Below, in pieces: positions 29,928 to 37,875 of a stretch of 51,108 nt of DNA. This DNA comes from a bacterium (lineage in GTDB: Bacteria > Bacillota_I > Bacilli_A > RF39 > UBA660): assembly GCA_963589235.1 (NCBI GenBank), contig CAVAJX010000038.1, forward strand, positions 1 through 51,108, written 5' to 3'. Numbering within the stretch: the stretch's first letter is position 1; each line of letters opens with the position of its first letter. The notes below the pieces were generated by a model. The model did no database searches, had not been told where the DNA came from, and saw only the letters and a list, made by a program, of their open reading frames with translations. Position numbers and translations under genes: made by a program.

Positions 29928-30371
29928 ATGAAGTTAGGATTTGCTAGTGACCATAGAGGTTACAAATTAAAAAAAGAATTAATAAATGAATTAAAAAAAG
30001 AAAACTATGAAATAATAGATTATGGAACCGATAGTGAAGAATCAACTGATTATCCAGACTATGCTTTTAAATTAGGAGAAAGTATTGTTAATAAAAATGT
30101 TGATTTTGGAGTAGCTATCTGTGGCTCAGGTATAGGAATAAGTATTGCTTGTAACAAAGTAAAAGGTATTCGTTGCGCAAAAGTTTCAACTAAAGAAGAA
30201 GCTGAAGTAACTAGAATTGATAATGATTCAAACATAGTAGCATTTGGCGAAAAAACATCATTTAATGAAGCTCTTGCTATAGTTAAAACATTTATTAATA
30301 CAGAAAGTTCAGATTTAGAAAAACATAAAAGAAGAATTAATAAAATAAAAGAATATGAGGAAACACACTAA
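29928..30371 (+). CDS. rpiB: Ribose-5-phosphate isomerase B
   Basis: LacAB/RpiB fold with GVAICGSGIGISIACNK. Confidence 0.9.
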   Translation: MKLGFASDHRGYKLKKELINELKKENYEIIDYGTDSEESTDYPDYAFKLGESIVNKNVDFGVAICGSGIGISIACNKVKGIRCAKVSTKEEAEVTRIDNDSNIVAFGEKTSFNEALAIVKTFINTESSDLEKHKRRINKIKEYEETH

Positions 30372-30568
30372 TGTCAGGTAAATTTTTTCTATATGTAGCT
30401 GTAACTATTCTAGTAATCTGGTCATTAGATTCTGTAAATATAAATCAAATTTTCAAAAAAAATAAAATAATTCAAGCAAGAGTATTTTACTTTTTACTAG
30501 GCATTTCAATGATTTATTTAGTAACTAATTTTATAATGGATTTATTTACTTCTGGAAAAATTTTTTAA
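30371..30568 (+). CDS. Small two-TM membrane protein (possibly DUF1146-like)
   Basis: 65 aa with two hydrophobic helices; start codon overlaps the rpiB stop codon. Confidence 0.45.
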   Translation: MSGKFFLYVAVTILVIWSLDSVNINQIFKKNKIIQARVFYFLLGISMIYLVTNFIMDLFTSGKIF

Positions 30569-30619
30569 AAGAAGTATAAATCTTTTTTTTTGGTTAAAAC
30601 TTATAATGAGGTGAAAAAA

Positions 30620-31252
30620 ATGGTAAAAAGAAAATTAAAATCCTTTGTAATACCGAGTATTGCTGTTTTTCTAATAATAGTAGGTGCATTCATTAGTATT
30701 GTAAACATGAAAGATTCAGGAAAAGATGAAGAACTAAGTAATGTTGATTTTGTAACTAACACAATTTTAAATGATGATGTAGCTGTTATTAATACTAGTA
30801 CTAAAGTAATTAATCCATATACTGATCAAACAGTAACAATAGGAAAATCATTTTATGATTTCAAAGGAACTGCAGAACAACAAGAAAAGTCTATTATCTA
30901 TCATGACAATACATACTTACAAAATACAGGAATAGATTTTATAAGTCAAAACGTATTTGAAGTAGTATCAGTATTACCAGGAACAGTAGCAGATGTTAGT
31001 GATAATGAAAGTTTAGGTAAAACAGTTCAAATAAAACATGACAATGGATACGTATCAGTATATCAAAGTTTATCAGAAGTTTCGGTTAAAAAAGGAGATA
31101 GTATTAATCAAGGACAAGTAATAGGTAAGTCTGGTACTAATGAACTAGATAAAGAAATAGGAAACCATTTACATTTTGAGTTTTATGCCAATGGTCAAAT
31201 CGTAGATCCTACACTTTATTTAGATAAAGAGTTATCAAAAAACGAAGAGTAA
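30620..31252 (+). CDS. spoIIQ: SpoIIQ-like membrane-anchored protein with a degenerate LytM domain
   Basis: A TM anchor plus an M23 fold. The first metal motif reads NTGIDF (H replaced by N) while HLHFEF is kept. YQSLSEVSVKKGD..NQGQVIGKSG resembles SpoIIQ. Confidence 0.6.
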   Translation: MVKRKLKSFVIPSIAVFLIIVGAFISIVNMKDSGKDEELSNVDFVTNTILNDDVAVINTSTKVINPYTDQTVTIGKSFYDFKGTAEQQEKSIIYHDNTYLQNTGIDFISQNVFEVVSVLPGTVADVSDNESLGKTVQIKHDNGYVSVYQSLSEVSVKKGDSINQGQVIGKSGTNELDKEIGNHLHFEFYANGQIVDPTLYLDKELSKNEE

Positions 31253-31345
31253 TACTATATTACTCTTTTTTTAATAAAAAAAGACGAAGAATAATATATT
31301 ATAAGTAAAAGAGATGTGATAAAATTAAAAAGAAAGGAATGTGAC

Positions 31346-32347
31346 ATGATGTTAGCAAAAGATATAGGTATAGATTTAGGAACGGCAAACGTTTTAATAT
31401 ATATAAAAGGACAAGGTATTGTTTTAAATGAACCGAGTATTGTTGCTGTTGAAACAGAGACAAAAAAAGTAATAGCGGTAGGAGAATCAGCAAGAGAAAT
31501 GTTAGGAAGAACACCAGGTAAAATAAAAGCTATTAAACCAATGAAAGATGGTGTCATTGCTGATTTTGAAATTACTGAAATAATGCTAAATGAATTTATT
31601 AAGAAAATAAAGGCTAGAAATTTATTTTCAAGACCTAGAATATTAATTTGTTGTCCTACTAATATTACACAAGTTGAAAAAAATGCTATTAAAGAAGCAG
31701 CCGAGCGAACTGGCGCAAGAAGAGTTTACATAGAAGAAGAACCAAAGGTAGCGGCTATCGGTGCTGGTATGGACATATCAAAACCAGAAGCAAACATGGT
31801 AGTAGACATTGGTGGTGGAACAACCGATATAGCGATTCTATCACTTAATGGTATAGTTGTCTCATCATCAATAAAATTAGCAGGTAATGTATTTGATCAA
31901 GATATAATAAGATATATAAGAGATAAATATAAACTTCTCATTGGTGAAAAAACAGCTGAAGACATCAAAATAAACTTTGCTACTGTTTATAAACCAAGTC
32001 GTAAGCAAAAGAAAGAAGTAAAAGGAAGAAGTTTAATAACTGGTTTACCATCAACAATAGAAATTACTCAAGATGAAACAACAGAAGCTCTAAAAGAAAG
32101 TACAACAAAAATCATCAAAGAAACAATAGCAGTATTAGAACAAGCAGATCCAGAGTTATCCGCAGATATTGTGGAAAAAGGTATTGTTCTAACTGGTGGC
32201 GGAGCTCTTTTAAAAGGTTTAATCAACTTATTTGAACAAGAATTAAAAGTACCAATACTTATCGCAACCTCACCATTAACTTGTGTTGCTGAAGGAACCG
32301 GTGTACTTTTAGATGATATAAAAAGTTTAGAAAATGACCAAAATTAA
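31346..32347 (+). CDS. mreB: Rod-shape-determining actin homolog MreB/Mbl
   Basis: DIGIDLGTANVLIY, DIGGGTTDIA and VLTGGGALL motifs. The start is set at the ATG at 31346. Confidence 0.93.
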   Translation: MMLAKDIGIDLGTANVLIYIKGQGIVLNEPSIVAVETETKKVIAVGESAREMLGRTPGKIKAIKPMKDGVIADFEITEIMLNEFIKKIKARNLFSRPRILICCPTNITQVEKNAIKEAAERTGARRVYIEEEPKVAAIGAGMDISKPEANMVVDIGGGTTDIAILSLNGIVVSSSIKLAGNVFDQDIIRYIRDKYKLLIGEKTAEDIKINFATVYKPSRKQKKEVKGRSLITGLPSTIEITQDETTEALKESTTKIIKETIAVLEQADPELSADIVEKGIVLTGGGALLKGLINLFEQELKVPILIATSPLTCVAEGTGVLLDDIKSLENDQN

Positions 32348-32432
32348 CCTAGGTCATTTTTATTTTTAAGTAAAATAGCCCATAGTTATTAGTTTATTCT
32401 TGCGTATATACTGAAATTTGGTATAATTAAAG

Positions 32433-33551
32433 ATGAAAGAAGTGAAAAAAAACATGAGAACACAAATCCTTGAATCAAGTAAAATTGTTCTGGTAACATT
32501 TCTTTTTTCTGCACTAATAATGATTTTAATGAAAAAAGTTGCCGTTCATATTGGCGCTATGGACATACCAAGAACTGAAGAAGGAAATAGACATATTCAT
32601 AAAGTTGCTACTCCAAAACTTGGTGGAGTTGGAATATTTCTATCATTCCTGTTTGGATATATGCTTTTCGGTGAACAAAGTATAAGAATGAATTCAATTC
32701 TGATAGGTAGTTTTATAGTGATATTAACTGGAATAGTTGATGATATAAAACCAATTCGTCCATATCAGAAACTACTAGGTCATATAGCGGCCGCATCAGT
32801 AATAACATTTTATGGTGGCATACGTCTTGATAATATTACTGCGTTTGGCTTTTATATTGACTTTGGCATTATGTCTTATCCATTAACAATTTTATTTTTA
32901 ATAGCGTGTACAAATATAATTAATTTAATAGATGGTTTAGATGGCCTGTCTGGTGGTATTTGCAGTATATTTTATTTAACAATTGGTATAATCGGCTTCT
33001 ATCAAGGTAGATATGGAAGCTTAGTAATGATATTAACGTTTATTATGTTAGGATCAACTTTGGGATTTTTATTGCATAACTTTCATCCGGCAAAAATATT
33101 TGCAGGTGACTGTGCAACGTTCATGGGCTTTATTATTGGAGTAATAACTTTATTAGAATTTAAAGGCCCGGCACTTATATCATTTTTTGTACCAGTTACA
33201 ATATTAGGCATACCAATACTAGATACTCTATTTGCTATAATAAGACGATTATTGCGAGGACAACCGCCATTTCAAGCAGATAAAGAACATTTACACCATC
33301 AATTATTAGGAATGAACTTTTCACAACAAACTACAGTATTAATAATTTATGGAATAAATATTTTATTTGCTGCAGCTTCAATACTATATACATTAAAAGA
33401 TCCATTTGTTGGAAAAATTATATATATAATAATATTGATTATAGTTTTATGGTTTGTGCTCCACACAACAATAATATCCGACAAAAGTCCACAAATAACA
33501 CAAAAAATTGAATCAAAATTAGGATTAACAAAAAAGAAAGCAAAAAAATAA
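32433..33551 (+). CDS. tagO: Undecaprenyl-phosphate GlcNAc-1-phosphate transferase (TagO/WecA-like, MraY family)
   Basis: Polytopic protein with the NLIDGLDGL motif and a VDDI segment. The -10 box ends only 5 nt before the ATG at 32433, so the ATG at 32454 may be the real start. Confidence 0.8.
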   Translation: MKEVKKNMRTQILESSKIVLVTFLFSALIMILMKKVAVHIGAMDIPRTEEGNRHIHKVATPKLGGVGIFLSFLFGYMLFGEQSIRMNSILIGSFIVILTGIVDDIKPIRPYQKLLGHIAAASVITFYGGIRLDNITAFGFYIDFGIMSYPLTILFLIACTNIINLIDGLDGLSGGICSIFYLTIGIIGFYQGRYGSLVMILTFIMLGSTLGFLLHNFHPAKIFAGDCATFMGFIIGVITLLEFKGPALISFFVPVTILGIPILDTLFAIIRRLLRGQPPFQADKEHLHHQLLGMNFSQQTTVLIIYGINILFAAASILYTLKDPFVGKIIYIIILIIVLWFVLHTTIISDKSPQITQKIESKLGLTKKKAKK

Positions 33552-33631
33552 AAAAGCTAAAGAGTACTCTACAAAAGTACTCTTTTTAAATTAACTTAAA
33601 AAACTGGAAAAATCTGGAAAAGGGAGACAAT

Positions 33632-34363
33632 ATGATTAATTTTATAATATGTGAAGATGAAGATATTTTAGCATCCAAATATATAAATGTAATAGATAAG
33701 TTTATGATGACCAATGATGCTGATTACAAGATTCATAGATATACGGGATATACAAAAGCTTGGGAAAATTATGTTAAAAGCGAAAAAGAATTTAAAATAT
33801 ATATCCTAGATATTAAAACAAAAGAGGGTTCTGGAATAGATGCAGCTAGAAAAATCAGAGAAGAATTTGATGACTGGGTTTCAATGATAATAATTGTAAC
33901 TGCATATTCCGAATATAAATATGAAGCAATGAGTAAACGACTGATGTTAGTAGACTTTATTAATAAGCTGTACGACTTTGAACAAAAATTACAGGAAGCT
34001 TTGTTAATATGTATGAAGCATTATAATAGAAAATTTAAAAGTATAAAATACAACTATCGTAATGTTTCATATAATATTGAATTACGATATATACTGTATA
34101 TCGAAAAAGAGCCTGGCACAAAGAGGAGTAAAGTTAAAACCGTACACGGTGAGTTCTATATCCAAGGTCCATTAGACGATATAATGAAACAACTAGATAA
34201 AAGATTTAGAAAATGTGGTAGAAGTCTAATTATAAATATAGAACAAGTTGAACGTTATAATACAAAATCAAACACAGTAATATTCAATAATAATGAAAGA
34301 TTAACATCTGTACCAAGAGAGAAGAGAAAGGAGTTAGAAAGATATGTTAGAGGTCTTGATTAA
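33632..34363 (+). CDS. agrA: LytTR-family response regulator (AgrA-like)
   Basis: Receiver domain (ICEDE...ILDI) plus a C-terminal LytTR-type domain. Overlaps the downstream kinase gene and lies next to agrBD. Confidence 0.8.
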   Translation: MINFIICEDEDILASKYINVIDKFMMTNDADYKIHRYTGYTKAWENYVKSEKEFKIYILDIKTKEGSGIDAARKIREEFDDWVSMIIIVTAYSEYKYEAMSKRLMLVDFINKLYDFEQKLQEALLICMKHYNRKFKSIKYNYRNVSYNIELRYILYIEKEPGTKRSKVKTVHGEFYIQGPLDDIMKQLDKRFRKCGRSLIINIEQVERYNTKSNTVIFNNNERLTSVPREKRKELERYVRGLD

Positions 34364-35648
34364 ATTTACAAGTGCATTGATGATGGCGTTATCTGGAATA
34401 TATGTCATTAAGAAAATTAGTAATAAGGAAATTAAAATATTAAATGTAAAAACAATGGTTGGAATATTATTGTTATGTATATCATCAATAACAATTTCAA
34501 AAAGTGAATATGCAATGGTGGGAATTATAGCTATTTTTGCATTACAAATTATTGTATATAAAGAAATTTTTGATATAAAATTAGAAGAATCACTAATATG
34601 TTGCGGAATTTTAATGCTATTAGTGTTTATTGGAGACATAATAAGTGTAGTTATTCTTCAAAGATTTGTGGAGATAGAGGAAATGAGGACAGCTGGACCA
34701 ATATATTTACTTGCAAATTTTATGGTATCAGCCTTCATTGCAATAATAGTTAAAATTAAATTCTTACTTCGTCCGTTACAAAATTTCTACAATATCATAT
34801 CAAAGAAACGTTCAGTTTCTAATATGGCATTTATAATTTTGTTAATTATTGGTCTAAGTTCTATTGCTCAAAACATAACAAGAGCCAGTAATCAAAGTAC
34901 CAGTTACTTTGTAAATATTGCCATCATGTTAATATTTTTTGTCCTAGCCGCATTGTTTATCAAAAGTAAAAATAGTTATAATAGATTAAACTCCGAATAT
35001 GAAAGTATGTTTAGTTATGTTCAAAACTTTGAAGACTGGATAGAAAAAGAACAATTAAATCGTCATGAATATAAAAATCAATTAGCTGTTCTACGTTGCC
35101 TAACTAGTGAGAAAAAAGTAAAAGATAAGATAGATGAGATTTTAGAAGACAGTATCAATGTTGAAGGAGAAGTAGTTCACCAACTTAAAACGCTGCCAAA
35201 GGGTGGTATCAAAGGTCTTATGTATTATAAATCAGCTATTGCTCAAAAGAATAAAATTGATTTAACTGTAAATATTAGTTTAGAAGTACATTCAATATTA
35301 TCTAAATTGTCAGAAAAAGAAGCTAAAGTACTATGCCATTTAATAGGAATCTATTTTGATAATGCTATTGAAGCGGCTAAAGAAACTAGAAAGAAAAAAG
35401 TTTTAATAGAAATATATGAAATCAAAGACCATGTTACCTTTGTATTTTCTAATACATTTAAAAAGGCAAAAAACTTTGATGATAGAAATAAGAAAGGTGT
35501 TTCAACTAAAGGAGAAGGCCATGGTAATGGATTATATTACGCTTCAAAATTAATTGCTCAAAACCCTTGGCTAAGTCAAAAACAAGAAGTTATAGATAAA
35601 TATTATATTCAACAAATTATTGTAACACGAAAAAACGACCGTAAATAA
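34344..35648 (+). CDS. agrC: AgrC-like GHKL sensor histidine kinase
   Basis: A multi-TM N-terminus (~200 aa), then an H-box region (NRHEYKNQLAVL) and an ATPase domain (GEGHGNGLYYA). Confidence 0.8.
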   Translation: MLEVLIKFTSALMMALSGIYVIKKISNKEIKILNVKTMVGILLLCISSITISKSEYAMVGIIAIFALQIIVYKEIFDIKLEESLICCGILMLLVFIGDIISVVILQRFVEIEEMRTAGPIYLLANFMVSAFIAIIVKIKFLLRPLQNFYNIISKKRSVSNMAFIILLIIGLSSIAQNITRASNQSTSYFVNIAIMLIFFVLAALFIKSKNSYNRLNSEYESMFSYVQNFEDWIEKEQLNRHEYKNQLAVLRCLTSEKKVKDKIDEILEDSINVEGEVVHQLKTLPKGGIKGLMYYKSAIAQKNKIDLTVNISLEVHSILSKLSEKEAKVLCHLIGIYFDNAIEAAKETRKKKVLIEIYEIKDHVTFVFSNTFKKAKNFDDRNKKGVSTKGEGHGNGLYYASKLIAQNPWLSQKQEVIDKYYIQQIIVTRKNDRK

Positions 35649-35668
35649 TCAGTCGTTTTCTTTTTTAA
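35632..35668. terminator. Hairpin shared by the convergent agrC and agrD genes
   Basis: AAAACGAC/GTCGTTTT stem, T-rich on the + side. Confidence 0.6.
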
Positions 35669-35784
35669 TCACAAAGACTTTTCATAGCTTTTGGCTCATC
35701 AGCAATAGCCCAAATGCATCCTAAACTAGCAGTGCTAGCAGCCATCATAGCGATAGCAGTTAATAGATACGCGATTTTTTTCAA
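35665..35784 (-). CDS. agrD: AgrD-like autoinducing-peptide precursor (39 aa, TTG start)
   Basis: Not in the ORF track. GGAGG RBS 7 nt before the TTG. Product is (M)KKIAYLLTAIAMMAASTASLGCIWAIADEPKAMKSLCD. It has an amphipathic leader, a Cys+4 ring candidate (CIWAI) and an acidic EPK recognition tail. Lies 40 nt downstream of agrB. Confidence 0.7.
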   Translation of the reverse strand: MKKIAYLLTAIAMMAASTASLGCIWAIADEPKAMKSLCD

Positions 35785-35824
35785 AACAATTTCCTCCTTG
35801 GTTAAAATATATATGCTGAAAATA

Positions 35825-36433
35825 TTAAATATTTAAAGCCTGAACGTAGGTCTTATAATTATTATATGGTTGACCGAATGCCATATAAAGTAATGGATTT
35901 ATAATAATAGCTTCCACTATCAAAGCTGATAAAATTAATGGTGCTATAAAAGTATCTGAAAATATAAATAACAATATTGAATAAATAATACCTATGAAAA
36001 CGGTAGACCATTTTCTAATTTTTCTTTTTTTCATATTTGGTAATGGTCTTTTTATTGTATCTGCTGGTGCAAAAAAGAAATAACTAACAACACATATGAT
36101 ACAAATAATAAAAACAATATTTTTTGGAATAACAACGTTAATTAAAATATATGGAAGAATAACAAACTGAAATAACGATATAAATAAACACTGTATACTT
36201 TTTTCTGCATGAAAACCAAATCCTGTATAGCGAATGGTATTAAACAGTATCAAAGTAATAATAACCTCTTTTAAAATACCTAACAGTAATGCTGCAATAG
36301 CAATAATTACAAGTTTTGTAATAGTCAGATATATACCTTCAAGTCCATACCTCAATTTTTCTATATCATCATCAGTTAGTTCCTTATAGTTTCCAATAAA
36401 TCTAATAGAAGAATCTAAGAACTTTTTCTTCAT
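35825..36433 (-). CDS. agrB: AgrB-family AIP-processing membrane peptidase
   Basis: RYTGFGFHAEKSIQC matches the conserved R..sGG.HA.....C core; 4-6 TM helices; ~200 aa. Confidence 0.85.
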   Translation of the reverse strand: MKKKFLDSSIRFIGNYKELTDDDIEKLRYGLEGIYLTITKLVIIAIAALLLGILKEVIITLILFNTIRYTGFGFHAEKSIQCLFISLFQFVILPYILINVVIPKNIVFIICIICVVSYFFFAPADTIKRPLPNMKKRKIRKWSTVFIGIIYSILLFIFSDTFIAPLILSALIVEAIIINPLLYMAFGQPYNNYKTYVQALNI

Positions 36434-36661
36434 TTTTCACCTCACGAATCCATTATACAATTAAATATTTAAAATAAATATTTATTCTATATAAAGTATC
36501 TGCACAAATTAAAAATGTCGATTTTTGTCGAAATAACAGTAAAACCCTACAATTCGATGCCGCAAACATACAAGTTAAGGAAAATACACTTTCATGACCA
36601 AATTATTTGCTAGAATTTAATCACCAACAAGAATGGTAGAAATGAGAGGTGTAAAGGTGTG

Positions 36662-36880
36662 ATGATAGGTCGCGTAAAATGGTTCAATAATGAAAAAGGA
36701 TATGGATTTATTGAATTTAAGGAAGACGAAGATATATTTGTACATTATTCTGCAATAGAAGCAGAGGGATACAAAACTTTATCTGAGGACCAACTAGTAG
36801 AGTTTAAATTAGTAGAAACAAGTAAAGGTTTTCAAGCAATAAACGTTAAACTAGTAAAAGAAGCTACTACTACAAAGTAG
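36662..36880 (+). CDS. Cold-shock protein (CspA family)
   Basis: [15 protein letters not shown] (RNP1) and DIFVHYS (RNP2). Confidence 0.93.
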   Translation: MIGRVKWFNNEKGYGFIEFKEDEDIFVHYSAIEAEGYKTLSEDQLVEFKLVETSKGFQAINVKLVKEATTTK

Positions 36881-36888
36881 TAGTTTCT

Positions 36889-37256
36889 TATTTATAAGAA
36901 ATTTTTTAAGAATATTATAACTGTGCACTTGAATAATAAGTATATGTACACCATTATAGTAAGAGAAGATTATGTTGGCATATCATTGTATAAAGCTTAT
37001 AAGTTTAGACTATATCCTATTTGATTTATAAAAAAATGTAGGTGTATAAATGGAAGTGTAAAAACATTGTCAAAAGGTCAAAAGAATTATAAATAAAATA
37101 ATTAGTATACCAGCGACTGTAGCAAATTTAACTCATTATAGTGAATAGAGGTTACTCTATCTGGAAAGTGGAAAATTTGATTGACGTTGATTAAAAAAAT
37201 ATAAATAGAAATTTATAAATGAAATTTGTCTTTTGTACTTTAGATGTGTTATAATT
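36889..37256 (+). mobile_element. Copy C (diverged, decayed) of the miniature IS200/IS605-type element
   Basis: Alignable over its whole length with copies A and B, at roughly 65-70% identity by eye. Relic ORF at 36986-37024 reads (TTG)YKAYKFRLYPI*. The ATAGAG-gtta-CTCTAT hairpin is conserved, but the 5' arm of the terminal hairpin is lost. Confidence 0.55.
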
Positions 37257-37280
37257 TAAATATAAGGAGGAAAGATATAT

Positions 37281-37817
37281 ATGGAAATTATTATACGTGG
37301 AGACAAACTAAAAATTACTGATTCTATGCATACATACATTGAAGAAAAGTTAGGAAAGTTAGAAAAATATCTAAAAAATAGCGATGAAATTCGTGCAAAT
37401 GTAATTGTAAAAGTAAAGAATCACGAACAACGAGTAGAAATTACTATTCCGTTAAAAACTTATATTATAAGAGCAGAGGAAACCAAAGATGATTTTTATG
37501 CTGCTGTTGATAAGGCTCTTGATACCTTAGAAAGACAAATTAGAAAGAATAAAACAAGGTTAATGTCAAAACAAGGAAAAACAAATCATGATTTTGACAT
37601 GAGTGTGATAGAAACAGATTCTGAAAAAGAAATAGAAGAGAAAAAAATAGTAAAAAGAAAGACTGTAGAAGTAAAACCAATGGATGAAGAAGAAGCAATT
37701 CTTCAAATGGAACTATTAGGACATCAATTCTATATGTATAAAGACAGTAACACTAATAAAACAGCCGTTGTATATCAAAGAAAAGATGGCAACTATGGCG
37801 TTATTGAATCTGAATAA
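37281..37817 (+). CDS. hpf: Ribosome hibernation-promoting factor (long HPF)
   Basis: A YfiA/S30AE N-domain (ITDSMHTYIEEKLGKLEKY) and a C-terminal dimerisation domain (KPMDEEEAILQMELLGHQFYMY). Confidence 0.95.
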   Translation: MEIIIRGDKLKITDSMHTYIEEKLGKLEKYLKNSDEIRANVIVKVKNHEQRVEITIPLKTYIIRAEETKDDFYAAVDKALDTLERQIRKNKTRLMSKQGKTNHDFDMSVIETDSEKEIEEKKIVKRKTVEVKPMDEEEAILQMELLGHQFYMYKDSNTNKTAVVYQRKDGNYGVIESE

Positions 37818-37828
37818 TTTAATTAAAA

Positions 37829-37865
37829 AATAGTATTAGATTGACCTCTAATATTATTTTTTTTT
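37829..37865 (+). terminator. hpf intrinsic terminator
   Basis: 12-bp stem with one mismatch (AATAGTATTAGA/TCTAATATTATT), loop TTGACC, followed by T7. Confidence 0.8.
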
Positions 37866-37875
37866 ATATATAAGG

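Noticed and set aside
36889-37256. Considered whether the structured element directly upstream of hpf is the raiA-motif ncRNA, which often precedes raiA/hpf genes in Firmicutes.
   Set aside because: The same element also precedes lemA and an SGNH hydrolase. It carries its own promoter, a TnpB N-terminal relic ORF and similar hairpins at both ends in direct orientation, which fits an IS200/IS605 derivative better. I cannot recall the raiA consensus well enough to exclude it formally, and an Rfam scan would settle it.
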